From positions 96,001 to 160,000 of the forward strand of contig CAXXMD010000002.1 of assembly GCA_963675755.2 (NCBI GenBank): a stretch of 64,000 nucleotides of DNA, given 5' to 3'. The notes beneath the pieces were generated by a model. It had not been told where the DNA came from. It saw only the letters and a program-made list of their open reading frames with translations, and ran no database searches. Source of the DNA: a bacterium. GTDB taxonomy: Bacteria; Zhuqueibacterota; Zhuqueibacteria; Residuimicrobiales; Krinioviventaceae. Positions 49,734-59,264 of this stretch are shown here, piece after piece. Every line of letters begins with the position of its first letter. Positions within the stretch are counted from its first letter, which is position 1. The translations under genes and the position numbers were made by a program.

Positions 49734-50753
49734 ATGAAAATCAACGTAATTCGAAAAAATGATCATGTATGGTTAGATATTGATGACATGTATCCTCAAA
49801 AACCTCATCAACCCAATACTGTTTTTAAATCCTTTGCAATAACTTTGAAAACGCTGGGATCATCACTTGATTACAGTACGCTCATGGCTGTTTCCGGGGC
49901 CGCATTCCGGTTTCAATTACATCCACAATGGTGCCCCAGTTCACCTCATCCCGATTGTGGTTTTAACTGTACTCAAACTGTGTTAAAAGAGTTAGGACTT
50001 GATGAATCCATTCATAATTTTGATTTGGAAAAAACACAGAAAAACGATCTTGAGCAGGTTGTTATCAAAAATATTGATGCGGGTATACCGGTTGTAGCCA
50101 GTAGCTTTGAAACTGGTTTAATTGTGGGATATATACAAAACCAGAATGATACCGCAGTTTTGTTGCGCGAACCTTATAGCAGCAAGGGCGGAGAACCTGA
50201 TATGGTTTCAACTCGCTTGCTCATCAAGATCCCTGGCTTGTTAACTGTTTTTGATAATGTGCCTCATTATAATCAGGATGAATTGTTTCTTCCAACCCTG
50301 AAGCGGGCTGTCGAAATTGCTTATCATGAAAAAATAAACGAGTATTATTGCGGCTTTGAAGCATTTGATCATTGGATATCTGATCTGTTGAATGAGGAAA
50401 AAATTAATGAATTAATTAATGAATATGGTATTGCAGACTTGTGTAATGCGAATGCTCACATTTATCATTCTCTGGTAGATGCACGTAAAAGTGCGGCAGA
50501 ATATTTTAAAGATTTTGTTGATGATACTGGAACAAATCAACAGATACATATAATGAATGCGGTTGCTTTATATGAAGAAATTGTCAAAATTTTGCGGAAT
50601 GCTTTTCCCCATGTATTACTGAAATGGCAAATTAAACAAGGACAGGAATGGCGCCCAGTAATGCGTAAAGAACAGGCGGAAACACTGCAAACTGTTGTAG
50701 AGTTGGAACATAAAGCCTTGTATGAAATTGAACAAATAATAAAGTATGTTTGA
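49734..50753 (+). CDS. Hypothetical protein (BtrH-N/peptidase-C39-like scaffold suspected)
   Basis: Long ORF with DY..LM.VSG.AFR, ID.G.PV and G..AF..W..DL patterns. Start is 49698 or 49734. Confidence 0.55.
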   Translation: MKINVIRKNDHVWLDIDDMYPQKPHQPNTVFKSFAITLKTLGSSLDYSTLMAVSGAAFRFQLHPQWCPSSPHPDCGFNCTQTVLKELGLDESIHNFDLEKTQKNDLEQVVIKNIDAGIPVVASSFETGLIVGYIQNQNDTAVLLREPYSSKGGEPDMVSTRLLIKIPGLLTVFDNVPHYNQDELFLPTLKRAVEIAYHEKINEYYCGFEAFDHWISDLLNEEKINELINEYGIADLCNANAHIYHSLVDARKSAAEYFKDFVDDTGTNQQIHIMNAVALYEEIVKILRNAFPHVLLKWQIKQGQEWRPVMRKEQAETLQTVVELEHKALYEIEQIIKYV

Positions 50754-50774
50754 TAAAAAATTGTTAGGTAAAGG

Positions 50775-51176
50775 ATGCAATCACCAGTATTAGAATCCAT
50801 TTTTGAACGGTGTAAATATGAAGCACCTGTTGATCCCGCGAAACGGGATATATGTTTTGACGGCATATTATGTTTGCTGTTGAGCGAGGGACTAACATCT
50901 CTGTTTTCGCAATTGAAAAAGTGGCAGGGCAAAAACAAAGGCTTTATTCAGTCCGGTAGAAGAGAAATTGAAAATGGATTAATGCAATTTGCTTTGCTCA
51001 AGAATCTGGAGCAGGAAAAGTCAAAAAGAATAGCAAATTTGATTTCTCGTTATATTTCCGTAGAAAATTTGGACTCGATAATACAGGAAATTGAACAAAT
51101 GAATCCATTGTCCTGTCAAGAAAAGTCTAATGTAGAACAGGACTGTAATAACGAGCCGGGGGAAAATGTTTATTAA
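50775..51176 (+). CDS. Hypothetical protein
   Basis: 133-aa ORF with AAGGA upstream; no recognisable motif. Confidence 0.5.
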   Translation: MQSPVLESIFERCKYEAPVDPAKRDICFDGILCLLLSEGLTSLFSQLKKWQGKNKGFIQSGRREIENGLMQFALLKNLEQEKSKRIANLISRYISVENLDSIIQEIEQMNPLSCQEKSNVEQDCNNEPGENVY

Positions 51177-52327
51177 TTCTTTTTTTTACGTTTGACTTGC
51201 CAAAACAGAAAAGCTACGATCAATCCTATACCTGCTATCCTTTGCAGCCAGGTCAATGTCCAGTTAATTTGAAATGTATTTTTAAAATCAGGGGATGAAT
51301 CATATCTATAAACAGGATTGAGATACATTCGTGTTTTGCCGTTCAATATCTCTGTTCTGATATAGGTGTCGTCTGATTTTAAAAGATAATTTGCCAGCTT
51401 GTTGTTTTCTGTTTCCTGTTTTTCAGCCCCATCTTGACCAATAAAACGAATTACATCTGCAGTATCTGTACAGGCAATAGTTAATGTGTCTCCGTTTATA
51501 GATACAGATGACAAAAAGTTTTTATTCTCTGCATTACGTCCCACAACACCATACATATGCCCGGATTTTAGTGCTGATAATATCTCTTTATTGCTTTTGT
51601 CCGGTGCGTTAATCATAGTCCAAATAACCCCGGTTTGGTTAGGATCACTGATCTTGTGTGAATCATCATCACCAATGAGCCATGCACGTTTTCCGGCAGA
51701 CAAGGCGGCATCCCACACATTACTGGAATTTCGGTAATGGTTCAATACCTCAAGGGCATCGTAATTGGATAATATTCGTGCATTTTCAGGAGTTATACTG
51801 TTTCTTAGACGTGGATGCGCAAGTAATAAAAAAGGTGTTTGCGGACGAAGAGTATTGATCATGTTCTGCATGTTGCTATGGGTTTGCCATAACAGATAAT
51901 CACGCCATTCTACTTTTTCCGCACCAATCATTACATGATGTCTTTTGAATGCATTGTAACCATGTTCATATACAGGGAGTACATTGGTGTCAATACCTTT
52001 AAAACGATTGATTTTTTGATAATCTGAAATGGATATTATATCATAACCTAATTCTTTATATTTGTTATATACTTCTAATGTGCCATCTTTGCCGTCAGTT
52101 GTACCAGCCCAGGCATTAGATTGGACCTGAAAGTTGGCTTTGTACCAGTTTGGTTCCAGAGTTTTATAAGGATTGAACCAGTTGGCACCACTAAAAGGTG
52201 CTGGTTCTTCAAAGTTGTATATGGGGCACCAGAGGTACAAAATTCCATTAAAAATTAAAATTATGAGTAAAATCCAACCAATGGGCAGAAAAATATACTT
52301 TAATAAACGTAATAAAAATTTCATCAT
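51173..52327 (-). CDS. Membrane-anchored PHP-domain (CehA/McbA-like) phosphoesterase-family protein
   Basis: N- and C-terminal TMs; WYKANF, Y..LGYD.I.ISD, AHP, LEVLN, WDAALSAG and GDDDSH. GAGGA RBS. Confidence 0.75.
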   Translation of the reverse strand: MMKFLLRLLKYIFLPIGWILLIILIFNGILYLWCPIYNFEEPAPFSGANWFNPYKTLEPNWYKANFQVQSNAWAGTTDGKDGTLEVYNKYKELGYDIISISDYQKINRFKGIDTNVLPVYEHGYNAFKRHHVMIGAEKVEWRDYLLWQTHSNMQNMINTLRPQTPFLLLAHPRLRNSITPENARILSNYDALEVLNHYRNSSNVWDAALSAGKRAWLIGDDDSHKISDPNQTGVIWTMINAPDKSNKEILSALKSGHMYGVVGRNAENKNFLSSVSINGDTLTIACTDTADVIRFIGQDGAEKQETENNKLANYLLKSDDTYIRTEILNGKTRMYLNPVYRYDSSPDFKNTFQINWTLTWLQRIAGIGLIVAFLFWQVKRKKKN

Positions 52328-52746
52328 GTCCTCAATTGTGATCAAAGAATTTACAAACATTTAACCATTATGGAAAGGATTATATTTCTTAATAAGTATT
52401 ACTATTAAGAATATAAATGATTTTAATGGCTCATAGTAATTGTCATTTCTCTGGTTTATCAGGAACTATAATGAACCTGATAAATAGATTCTAAATATGT
52501 AATAGTTAGGGTTAGATTTGTTTTATATGAAAAAGAATAATTAATGAAATTTTAGTTGTTTTTATTCAGTAATATCGAGTTTACTGTTCAATAAATATTT
52601 GATTTACATTGAAAAAATAGTATTTTAATGTTCAAGTGGTATTATGGGAATGTGAAATTGATTTTAAATTGTTTTCATATTCATTTAATAACATATTTAT
52701 TATCAATTCATAATAATCTGGTAAATTTTATCTAAAAAGAAATAAT

Positions 52747-53856
52747 ATGATTATTGTACAAAGCTGTGGTTCCAGTTCCTGGGGTGGACTTGAAATGCAA
52801 ACTTTAAAAATTGCACGATTAATGCGTGATCGTGGACATCAGTCCATTATCTTTTGCACAGAGGATTCAACGCTGGAAAAAGAGTCTCAAATTGCGGGAA
52901 TAGAGACTGTACTTGTGTTTAAAAATAGCAGGGCTGTGCACCATTTGGCAAGGTTGATCCGTTTTCTCCGTAAAACAAAACCGGATGTAGTACATACTCA
53001 TTTGTCTCATGATTTATGGCTATTGGTTCCGGCATTACATCTATCTGGCAGCAAGGCCAGATTGTTTCTAACCAAACGTATGGCAAGTGGGGTTAAAAAG
53101 ACGGATCCATTGCATCGTTACTTGTATAACCGGATAAGTAAAATCTTTGCTATATCTAATTATATCCGTACCAGTGTGTTGAATACGTGCCCGGTTTCAG
53201 ATGATGATGTTCAATTAATGCACAACGCAATAAATCCGGATCATTATAGTCCTGAAAAATATGAAAAGACAGCTATACGCAAAGAATTAGGCATTGCTCC
53301 CGATGAAATGGTTATTGGGATCATTGGAAGAATGAGTCCGGGAAAAGGACATGAAGAGTTTTTTCATGCAGCAAGTCAGATAAAGCAAATCTATCCATTA
53401 CCATTACGATTTATGATTGTAGGAGAGGCCAGTTTTGGTGAAGATGATTATGGCAATCGAATTAAAAAACTTGCTGAACAATTATTTCAGCAAAACGAAT
53501 TGTTATTTACCGGATTTCGTAAAGACATTCCCAATATGTTATCTGCTATGGATATCCTGGCGTTTCCGTCACATGAAGAATCTTTTGGGAATGTTTTACT
53601 TGAGGCAATGGCTATGAATCTGCCAGTGGTTGCCTGTAATAGTGGAGGTGTTGGGGATATTGTCGTTCCAAATGAAACCGGCTTGCTTGTTCCTCCCCGT
53701 GATGCCAATGCTCTGGCAACTGCGTTGTTGAAACTTGTTCTTAATTCCAAAAAACGATCCATGTTTGGAAAAGCTGGGCGATATCGTGTTGAACAATTTT
53801 TTACAGATGAAAAATTTGCGGATTCTCTTGAAGCTAATTATAGATTGCCAAGATAA
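52747..53856 (+). CDS. GT4-family glycosyltransferase
   Basis: GGLE, GR...KG and PS.EESFGNVLLEAMA. Confidence 0.92.
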   Translation: MIIVQSCGSSSWGGLEMQTLKIARLMRDRGHQSIIFCTEDSTLEKESQIAGIETVLVFKNSRAVHHLARLIRFLRKTKPDVVHTHLSHDLWLLVPALHLSGSKARLFLTKRMASGVKKTDPLHRYLYNRISKIFAISNYIRTSVLNTCPVSDDDVQLMHNAINPDHYSPEKYEKTAIRKELGIAPDEMVIGIIGRMSPGKGHEEFFHAASQIKQIYPLPLRFMIVGEASFGEDDYGNRIKKLAEQLFQQNELLFTGFRKDIPNMLSAMDILAFPSHEESFGNVLLEAMAMNLPVVACNSGGVGDIVVPNETGLLVPPRDANALATALLKLVLNSKKRSMFGKAGRYRVEQFFTDEKFADSLEANYRLPR

Positions 53857-53940
53857 GATTAAGATTTATTTTTTTGCAATTAAGGATTGATTTTAAAGCA
53901 TAAAGTTTTATATTGACAACAAACATACCTAGAGGAGTTC

Positions 53941-55254
53941 ATGAAAATCAAAAACTTGATAATTTTGCTAGTCATTTCATTGTTTTTTCAGACATTTGCT
54001 CAGGAAAGTAGTTCTGATAACAATGAAAAAAATGAATATCCGGAAAAGCGTAAAGGCCGTGATACCTGGGAGTATATTGTCAATATCCCTGGTTACATCT
54101 GTCTTTTGCCGGTTTGGGCGCTTGATGCTACTTTGGTGCCAGTCAGTTATGCTATTACAGAAACCAAAGTTATTGAAAAGACCGTCGATTTTTTGACTTC
54201 GGATGATGGTAAACGTGGTGTCTTTCCTACTTATGAAGCCAGAACGGGTGCGGGTTTGAATTTTTATCAAAAGGATCTGATACAGCATGGAACAGATTTG
54301 CAAATTACAGCAACTGTGTGGGCAAGTGCTCGTCAGTCCTTTCAATTGTATTTTAATGATTTGAAATTGATTGGACCTGTCAATACTTCACTGTCTGCAA
54401 TGTTTTTTAAATATACTGACGAGCCTTTTTTTGGTATTGGGAACAATCTTGATTATGATTTTGAATCACATTTTTTGTTAAAACAATATCAGGCCAATAT
54501 TGAACTTGGAGTTGATCTGGGTAAATATAATGCATTAACTTTTCACAGCGGTTGGGAGCAAAATCAGGTTTCTGAGGAAGATAATGATAATTATGAAAAA
54601 GGAGAAGACGATTATTTGTTTTCAACTGTCTATTCAAGGTTTAGTAATAATTATGTACCTGTAACCGATGTTTTTGACAAGACCAGAATAATTCATGGTG
54701 AATTAAAATTTAAGCATGATTCCCGAAATGCTGTAGGAAATCCATCAAGTGGTTGGGAACTCTATTTGAATGGTGGATTGTTTAAGCAAACAGATGGAAG
54801 CCAATACGGCTTTTACCGGGGAACTGCGGATGTAACAAAATATTTTCATTTATTCTATAATCGTGTACTGGCTTTTCGTGCCGCGGGTCAAATTACAACT
54901 TCATATGATGGTGGAGATATTCCATTTTATTATCTTGCAGAACTGGGTGAACGCACAACTATTCGTGGTTACGAGAGAGGGCGTTTTCGTGAAAAAGATA
55001 AATTGTTGGGCTCTGTAGAATATCGGTTCCCGATTTTAAAACGATACCGCCCAGGACGTGAAGCTGGTAGTTTGGATATGGTGCTGTTTGTGGATTCCGG
55101 TAAAGTTGCGCCAGATATTAAAGATAATATTGCAGAAAATTATCATACAACCTGGGGCTTTGGATTAAGATTTTATAATTCAAACTCTTTAATGATGCAG
55201 TTTTATACAGGTTTTAGTGACGATGGTGTTAGACTTTATTATGTGTTAAACTAG
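53941..55254 (+). CDS. Omp85/BamA-TamA superfamily beta-barrel without POTRA domains
   Basis: Signal peptide; DSRN....PSSG, loop-6 motif TIRGY..GRFR, LFVDSGKV and WGFGLRF. Confidence 0.85.
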   Translation: MKIKNLIILLVISLFFQTFAQESSSDNNEKNEYPEKRKGRDTWEYIVNIPGYICLLPVWALDATLVPVSYAITETKVIEKTVDFLTSDDGKRGVFPTYEARTGAGLNFYQKDLIQHGTDLQITATVWASARQSFQLYFNDLKLIGPVNTSLSAMFFKYTDEPFFGIGNNLDYDFESHFLLKQYQANIELGVDLGKYNALTFHSGWEQNQVSEEDNDNYEKGEDDYLFSTVYSRFSNNYVPVTDVFDKTRIIHGELKFKHDSRNAVGNPSSGWELYLNGGLFKQTDGSQYGFYRGTADVTKYFHLFYNRVLAFRAAGQITTSYDGGDIPFYYLAELGERTTIRGYERGRFREKDKLLGSVEYRFPILKRYRPGREAGSLDMVLFVDSGKVAPDIKDNIAENYHTTWGFGLRFYNSNSLMMQFYTGFSDDGVRLYYVLN

Positions 55255-55264
55255 AGGGTTGTTT

Positions 55265-56938
55265 ATGAAATCAACTTGTCTCAATAGATTTTACATACTG
55301 GCAGTGTTACTTGTTAGTACTTTTGTTTATGCAGAATATATACCCCCTGAACCTATGCCTGCAGATACGTTGCCCATACCCAGGCCAGAAGAGGTTAAAA
55401 TTGATTATCTGCATGATGGATATAGTCAAACGTTTACAATGGCATTTGAAAAATTGTTTGATATAGCGGGGTATATTAGAAGCTTGACTAATAATCCAAA
55501 ACAGGCCATGAATTTAAATGCATTTGATGGTGTAGACAATTCAACCTGGTTTACCAATCGTAACGCTGAAAATAAAATGTCAATTGAATCCTTTGCCAAA
55601 GGTCCTGATACTGAATATGGTCCGGATACTACAGGTACATGGCTCATTATCCGTGCAAAAGCAGAAGGTATTACTCCCGGATTTACAATCAAAGACAAAA
55701 GAGGCGGAACTTTTGTAATCAAGTTTGATCCTCCCGGATATTCAGAATTAGCTACCGGGGCAGAAGTTGTCGTAACAAAATTGTTCTATGGTATGGGGTA
55801 CAATGTTCCCGAGAATTACATTACCATTTTTGATCCGTCCATGTTGGTTTTGGGTGATGATGTAACGTTGGTTGATGAAAAAGGCCGCAAGCGGAAAATG
55901 AACGAAAACGATGTTAAAGAAATTTTAACCCGTATTGAATTCCTTCCTAATGGTAAGATTCGCGCTCTTGCCAGCAAATATGTTGAGGGAAGACCGGTAG
56001 GTGGATTCCGTTACGAAAAGACCCGCAAGGATGATCCTAACGACATTATTCCACATGAACATCGCAGAGAATTGCGCGGCTTGGAAGTGCCTTGTTCATG
56101 GCTAAAACATTTTGATACCAAAGCGGGAAATAACCTGGATACATATGTGGGAGAAAAGGGAAAAGGGCATCTAAAACATTATTTGATTGATTTTGGTTCT
56201 ACTTTGGGCAGTGCTGCTTTTGCGCCGCAGGATCCCTACAAAGGTCACGAATTCGATCTTGATTTTCAAGTTATGGCTGCTAACGTAATAACGTTAGGTT
56301 TGGTTGTTAAAAATTGGGAAAAACTGGATCCACCATTTAATCCTGCAATTGGATTGTTTGATGCCTGGGATTTTGATCCGTCAGATACACGTCCCAATTT
56401 CCCTAATCCGGCATTTGCAAATATGACCAATTGTGATGGATATTGGGGAGCCAAATTGGTAATGTCCATTACAGATGAACAGTTAAAAGCCGCAATTGAA
56501 ACGGGTAAATATTCAGATCCGAAAGTTCGTGAATATATTTATAAAATTTTAAAAGAACGTCGTGATAAATCAGGAATGTATTGGTACAATCAGGTATGCC
56601 CGCTTGATTTTTTTGAAATCAATGGCAAAACAAATAAAGCAGTATTGTCATTTACAGACATGGGCGTCAAGGATGGTTTGTGGGATGCTAAAGACTGTCA
56701 ATACTCTTTTTCAATTAAATATGGTGATCAAACACTGGTAAAAGAAAAGATAGTAGATACACCAAATGTTCCTATATATGAGTTTTTATCAAACATTGAT
56801 GTAGCAAATGGTAACAAACAGGTAGAAATAGAAATGCGAAATAAAAATCTCGATTCCAGTTTTGATAAATATGTCAAGGTTTATCTTGAACCAAAAGGGG
56901 ATAGTTTTAAACTGTTGGGGATAGAGAGAAAAGATTGA
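55265..56938 (+). CDS. Exported atypical protein-kinase-like (HipA/PI3K-like) protein
   Basis: Sec signal; K..G.TP loop, VIK, alphaC Glu (GAEVV), GYNVP, catalytic D-x-K-x-x-N (HFDTKAGN) and LIDFG. GAGGG RBS overlaps the Omp85 stop codon. Confidence 0.7.
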   Translation: MKSTCLNRFYILAVLLVSTFVYAEYIPPEPMPADTLPIPRPEEVKIDYLHDGYSQTFTMAFEKLFDIAGYIRSLTNNPKQAMNLNAFDGVDNSTWFTNRNAENKMSIESFAKGPDTEYGPDTTGTWLIIRAKAEGITPGFTIKDKRGGTFVIKFDPPGYSELATGAEVVVTKLFYGMGYNVPENYITIFDPSMLVLGDDVTLVDEKGRKRKMNENDVKEILTRIEFLPNGKIRALASKYVEGRPVGGFRYEKTRKDDPNDIIPHEHRRELRGLEVPCSWLKHFDTKAGNNLDTYVGEKGKGHLKHYLIDFGSTLGSAAFAPQDPYKGHEFDLDFQVMAANVITLGLVVKNWEKLDPPFNPAIGLFDAWDFDPSDTRPNFPNPAFANMTNCDGYWGAKLVMSITDEQLKAAIETGKYSDPKVREYIYKILKERRDKSGMYWYNQVCPLDFFEINGKTNKAVLSFTDMGVKDGLWDAKDCQYSFSIKYGDQTLVKEKIVDTPNVPIYEFLSNIDVANGNKQVEIEMRNKNLDSSFDKYVKVYLEPKGDSFKLLGIERKD

Positions 56939-56942
56939 AATG

Positions 56943-56972
56943 AAAAAAGGGAGACTATGTCTCCCTTTTTTT
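56943..56972. terminator. Bidirectional rho-independent terminator
   Basis: AAAAAAGGGAGAC-TAT-GTCTCCCTTTTTT between convergent genes. Confidence 0.85.
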
Positions 56973-56983
56973 CTAGATTCACT

Positions 56984-57931
56984 TTACTTGCCGAAAGCAT
57001 AATCTTTTTTATTGATTTTGAGTTTTTTCATTTTGTATCTGAGATTGGGTTCTGATAATTCAAGCACTTTGGCTGCTTTGCTTTGATTACCTGCAAATTT
57101 ACGTAGTGCTTTTTGGATCAGTTCTTTTTCCAATTGATCCACTGCAGAATGCAAGTCCTGTATTTTAATCCGGCTAAAGTACAAGTTTTCAACTTCAAAA
57201 GGCAAAGAGTCTGTTAAAAGTTCACCTTCCGGTGAAGTTAATAACATTGTACGGATTATGTTTTCCAGTTCTTTTACATTGCCTTGCCATTCATGCTTCA
57301 TCAGATGATTAAAGACCTCAAAATCCACTGTAGGAATGGGTTTTGATAATTCTTCACACTGTTTTTTCAAATAGTGCTCAAACAACAGGGGAATATCCTG
57401 ACGTCTGTCACGAAGTGGTGGAATTTTCAAAGATACAGCTGTCAATGCTAAAAACAATTCGGCACTGAATTTACTGTTTTTAAGATCATTGATTAAATTG
57501 GGATGAGCTGTTGTAACGATTCTGATGTCGGTGGCAATAGATTCGTTTTCCAACTCTAGTACACCTTTGTTGGCCAATAATAAGAGTTTGGCCTGAGTTT
57601 CCTCATTCAGGTATTCAAGATTTTCAATGATCAATGTTCCCAGCAGTGGAGAATCCGGTTTTTTTCGCAAAGCTAAAAACGGTTCAATCACTTCCTCTTC
57701 ATAGTGATTGTTCAGATTGTTAGCATTGCTGAAAAGCAGAGGTTTCTCTTTTCTGTGACTGCTTTCAAACAAGATTTTTGTAGCCAACAATTTTTCGGTA
57801 CCAGCTTCACCATATACGGTTACATTTTCATCGCTTTTGGCGATGGATGGCAGGTAACTGCGCAGATGGTTCATTTCTGGTGAGTGCCCGATCAATTCAA
57901 GTTGACTCAACGTGTCCCAAGGTGTCTTCAT
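56984..57931 (-). CDS. Sigma54-activator-like AAA+ / Fis-HTH regulator with degenerate ATPase motifs
   Basis: LIG.SP.M, GEAGTEK, IPPLRDRRQDIP, W.GNVKEL.N and GNQSKAA..L HTH. No GAFTGA loop and no N-terminal sensor domain. Confidence 0.85.
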   Translation of the reverse strand: MKTPWDTLSQLELIGHSPEMNHLRSYLPSIAKSDENVTVYGEAGTEKLLATKILFESSHRKEKPLLFSNANNLNNHYEEEVIEPFLALRKKPDSPLLGTLIIENLEYLNEETQAKLLLLANKGVLELENESIATDIRIVTTAHPNLINDLKNSKFSAELFLALTAVSLKIPPLRDRRQDIPLLFEHYLKKQCEELSKPIPTVDFEVFNHLMKHEWQGNVKELENIIRTMLLTSPEGELLTDSLPFEVENLYFSRIKIQDLHSAVDQLEKELIQKALRKFAGNQSKAAKVLELSEPNLRYKMKKLKINKKDYAFGK

Positions 57932-58444
57932 TTTTCTCCTTCCTTCCTTCAAGTAAGAAATAATGAATTTGTGAGTTATTTATGTTATAGTAATAGCACT
58001 CTATGAAGATAAAATTTTCTATTTTTCATGATAAACTACCTATGATCCATATATTTGATAAATTTTATTTACTTTTAAAAACAATTAAAAAAATATCGAA
58101 ATTTCATAAATTTTAAAATTTATTGAAATTATTTCAGGTAATTTTATTTAGGCTATTTATTGCAGATGATAACAAATTCTTTCATTAGCAACGTTAAATT
58201 CGAATAAAAGTAAATAAATACAAGAAAAAAATCAACAGGTATTTAGTATTTTTCGTATTTACGCCAAAAAAAACTATCAAAAATGCCAAAAATGAATATA
58301 TAATTTTTTACATTTAAATACAATTAAAGAATTAAAAAAATGTAAAAATAATATAATAATTTTGATATTTCTTTTTACTTGATCAAAGATAATAATTTAA
58401 GTATTATTTAATAATAAATTTCAAAATAATTAACGAGGCAAAAA

Positions 58445-59254
58445 TTGAACACATTAGAATTTAAGAATAAATTTCAAACCGGCCGGGTTTATGGTACAGC
58501 TGTAACTTCAATGGCACCCATGTGGCCTGTAATTATTGAAAAAGCAAAACTTGATTTTGTTTTTCTAGATACCGAACATATAATTGTAGATAAACAACCC
58601 TTGACTGCTATGTGTAATGTTTATAAATCTATGGGAATTTTACCTATTGTGAGAATTCCTTCACCGTTACCTGATCTTGCAACTAATGTTTTAGATGGTG
58701 GTGCTATGGGACTTTTGGCCCCATATGTAGAAACTGTTGAGCAGGTTAAAAATCTTGTAGGTGCTGTTAAATACAGACCATTAAAAGGAAAAAAATTGCA
58801 GCAAATATTAGATAACCCTCAGTCCATTGATAGTAAATTAAAAGCATATGTTGATGACCGTTGTAAAAACAATTTGTTATTTATAAATATTGAAAGTAAA
58901 CCTGCTCTTGATGTTCTGCCAGAATTACTTGATGTACCTGGTTTAGACGGAGTAATTATTGGTCCACATGATTTATCATGCAGTTTGGAAGTGCCTGAGG
59001 AATATAAAAGTCCTGTATTTGAAAAAGCAGTTTCACAAATCATCCGGGAATGTCAAAAACGTGATTTGGGTATTGGTATGCACTTGTCTGAAGGTCCGGA
59101 ATATCAAATGAAATGGGGTAAAGAAGGTTTGAATATTATTTTACACAGTTCAGATGCTGCTTTGTTTTTAAAAATGCTGAATCATGATATGAATAAAATT
59201 AAATCTACTTTGAATGATAAAGTCGATAATAATGATAATCAAATAATAATTTAA
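58445..59254 (+). CDS. HpcH/HpaI-family class II pyruvate aldolase
   Basis: DFVFLDTEH, VRIP, LDGGA.G..APYV, KYRP.KG, IES and IGPHDLS. Confidence 0.88.
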   Translation: MNTLEFKNKFQTGRVYGTAVTSMAPMWPVIIEKAKLDFVFLDTEHIIVDKQPLTAMCNVYKSMGILPIVRIPSPLPDLATNVLDGGAMGLLAPYVETVEQVKNLVGAVKYRPLKGKKLQQILDNPQSIDSKLKAYVDDRCKNNLLFINIESKPALDVLPELLDVPGLDGVIIGPHDLSCSLEVPEEYKSPVFEKAVSQIIRECQKRDLGIGMHLSEGPEYQMKWGKEGLNIILHSSDAALFLKMLNHDMNKIKSTLNDKVDNNDNQIII

Positions 59255-59264
59255 TGGATTGAAT

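Noticed and set aside
55265-56938. HipA toxin of a toxin-antitoxin module
   Set aside because: The protein has an export signal and no adjacent HipB-like HTH antitoxin; its partner gene is an outer-membrane barrel.
57932-58444. Replication origin or sigma54 promoter in the very AT-rich spacer
   Set aside because: I saw no cluster of DnaA boxes (TTATCCACA) and no TGGCAC-N5-TTGC motif; it is best explained as a divergent promoter region.
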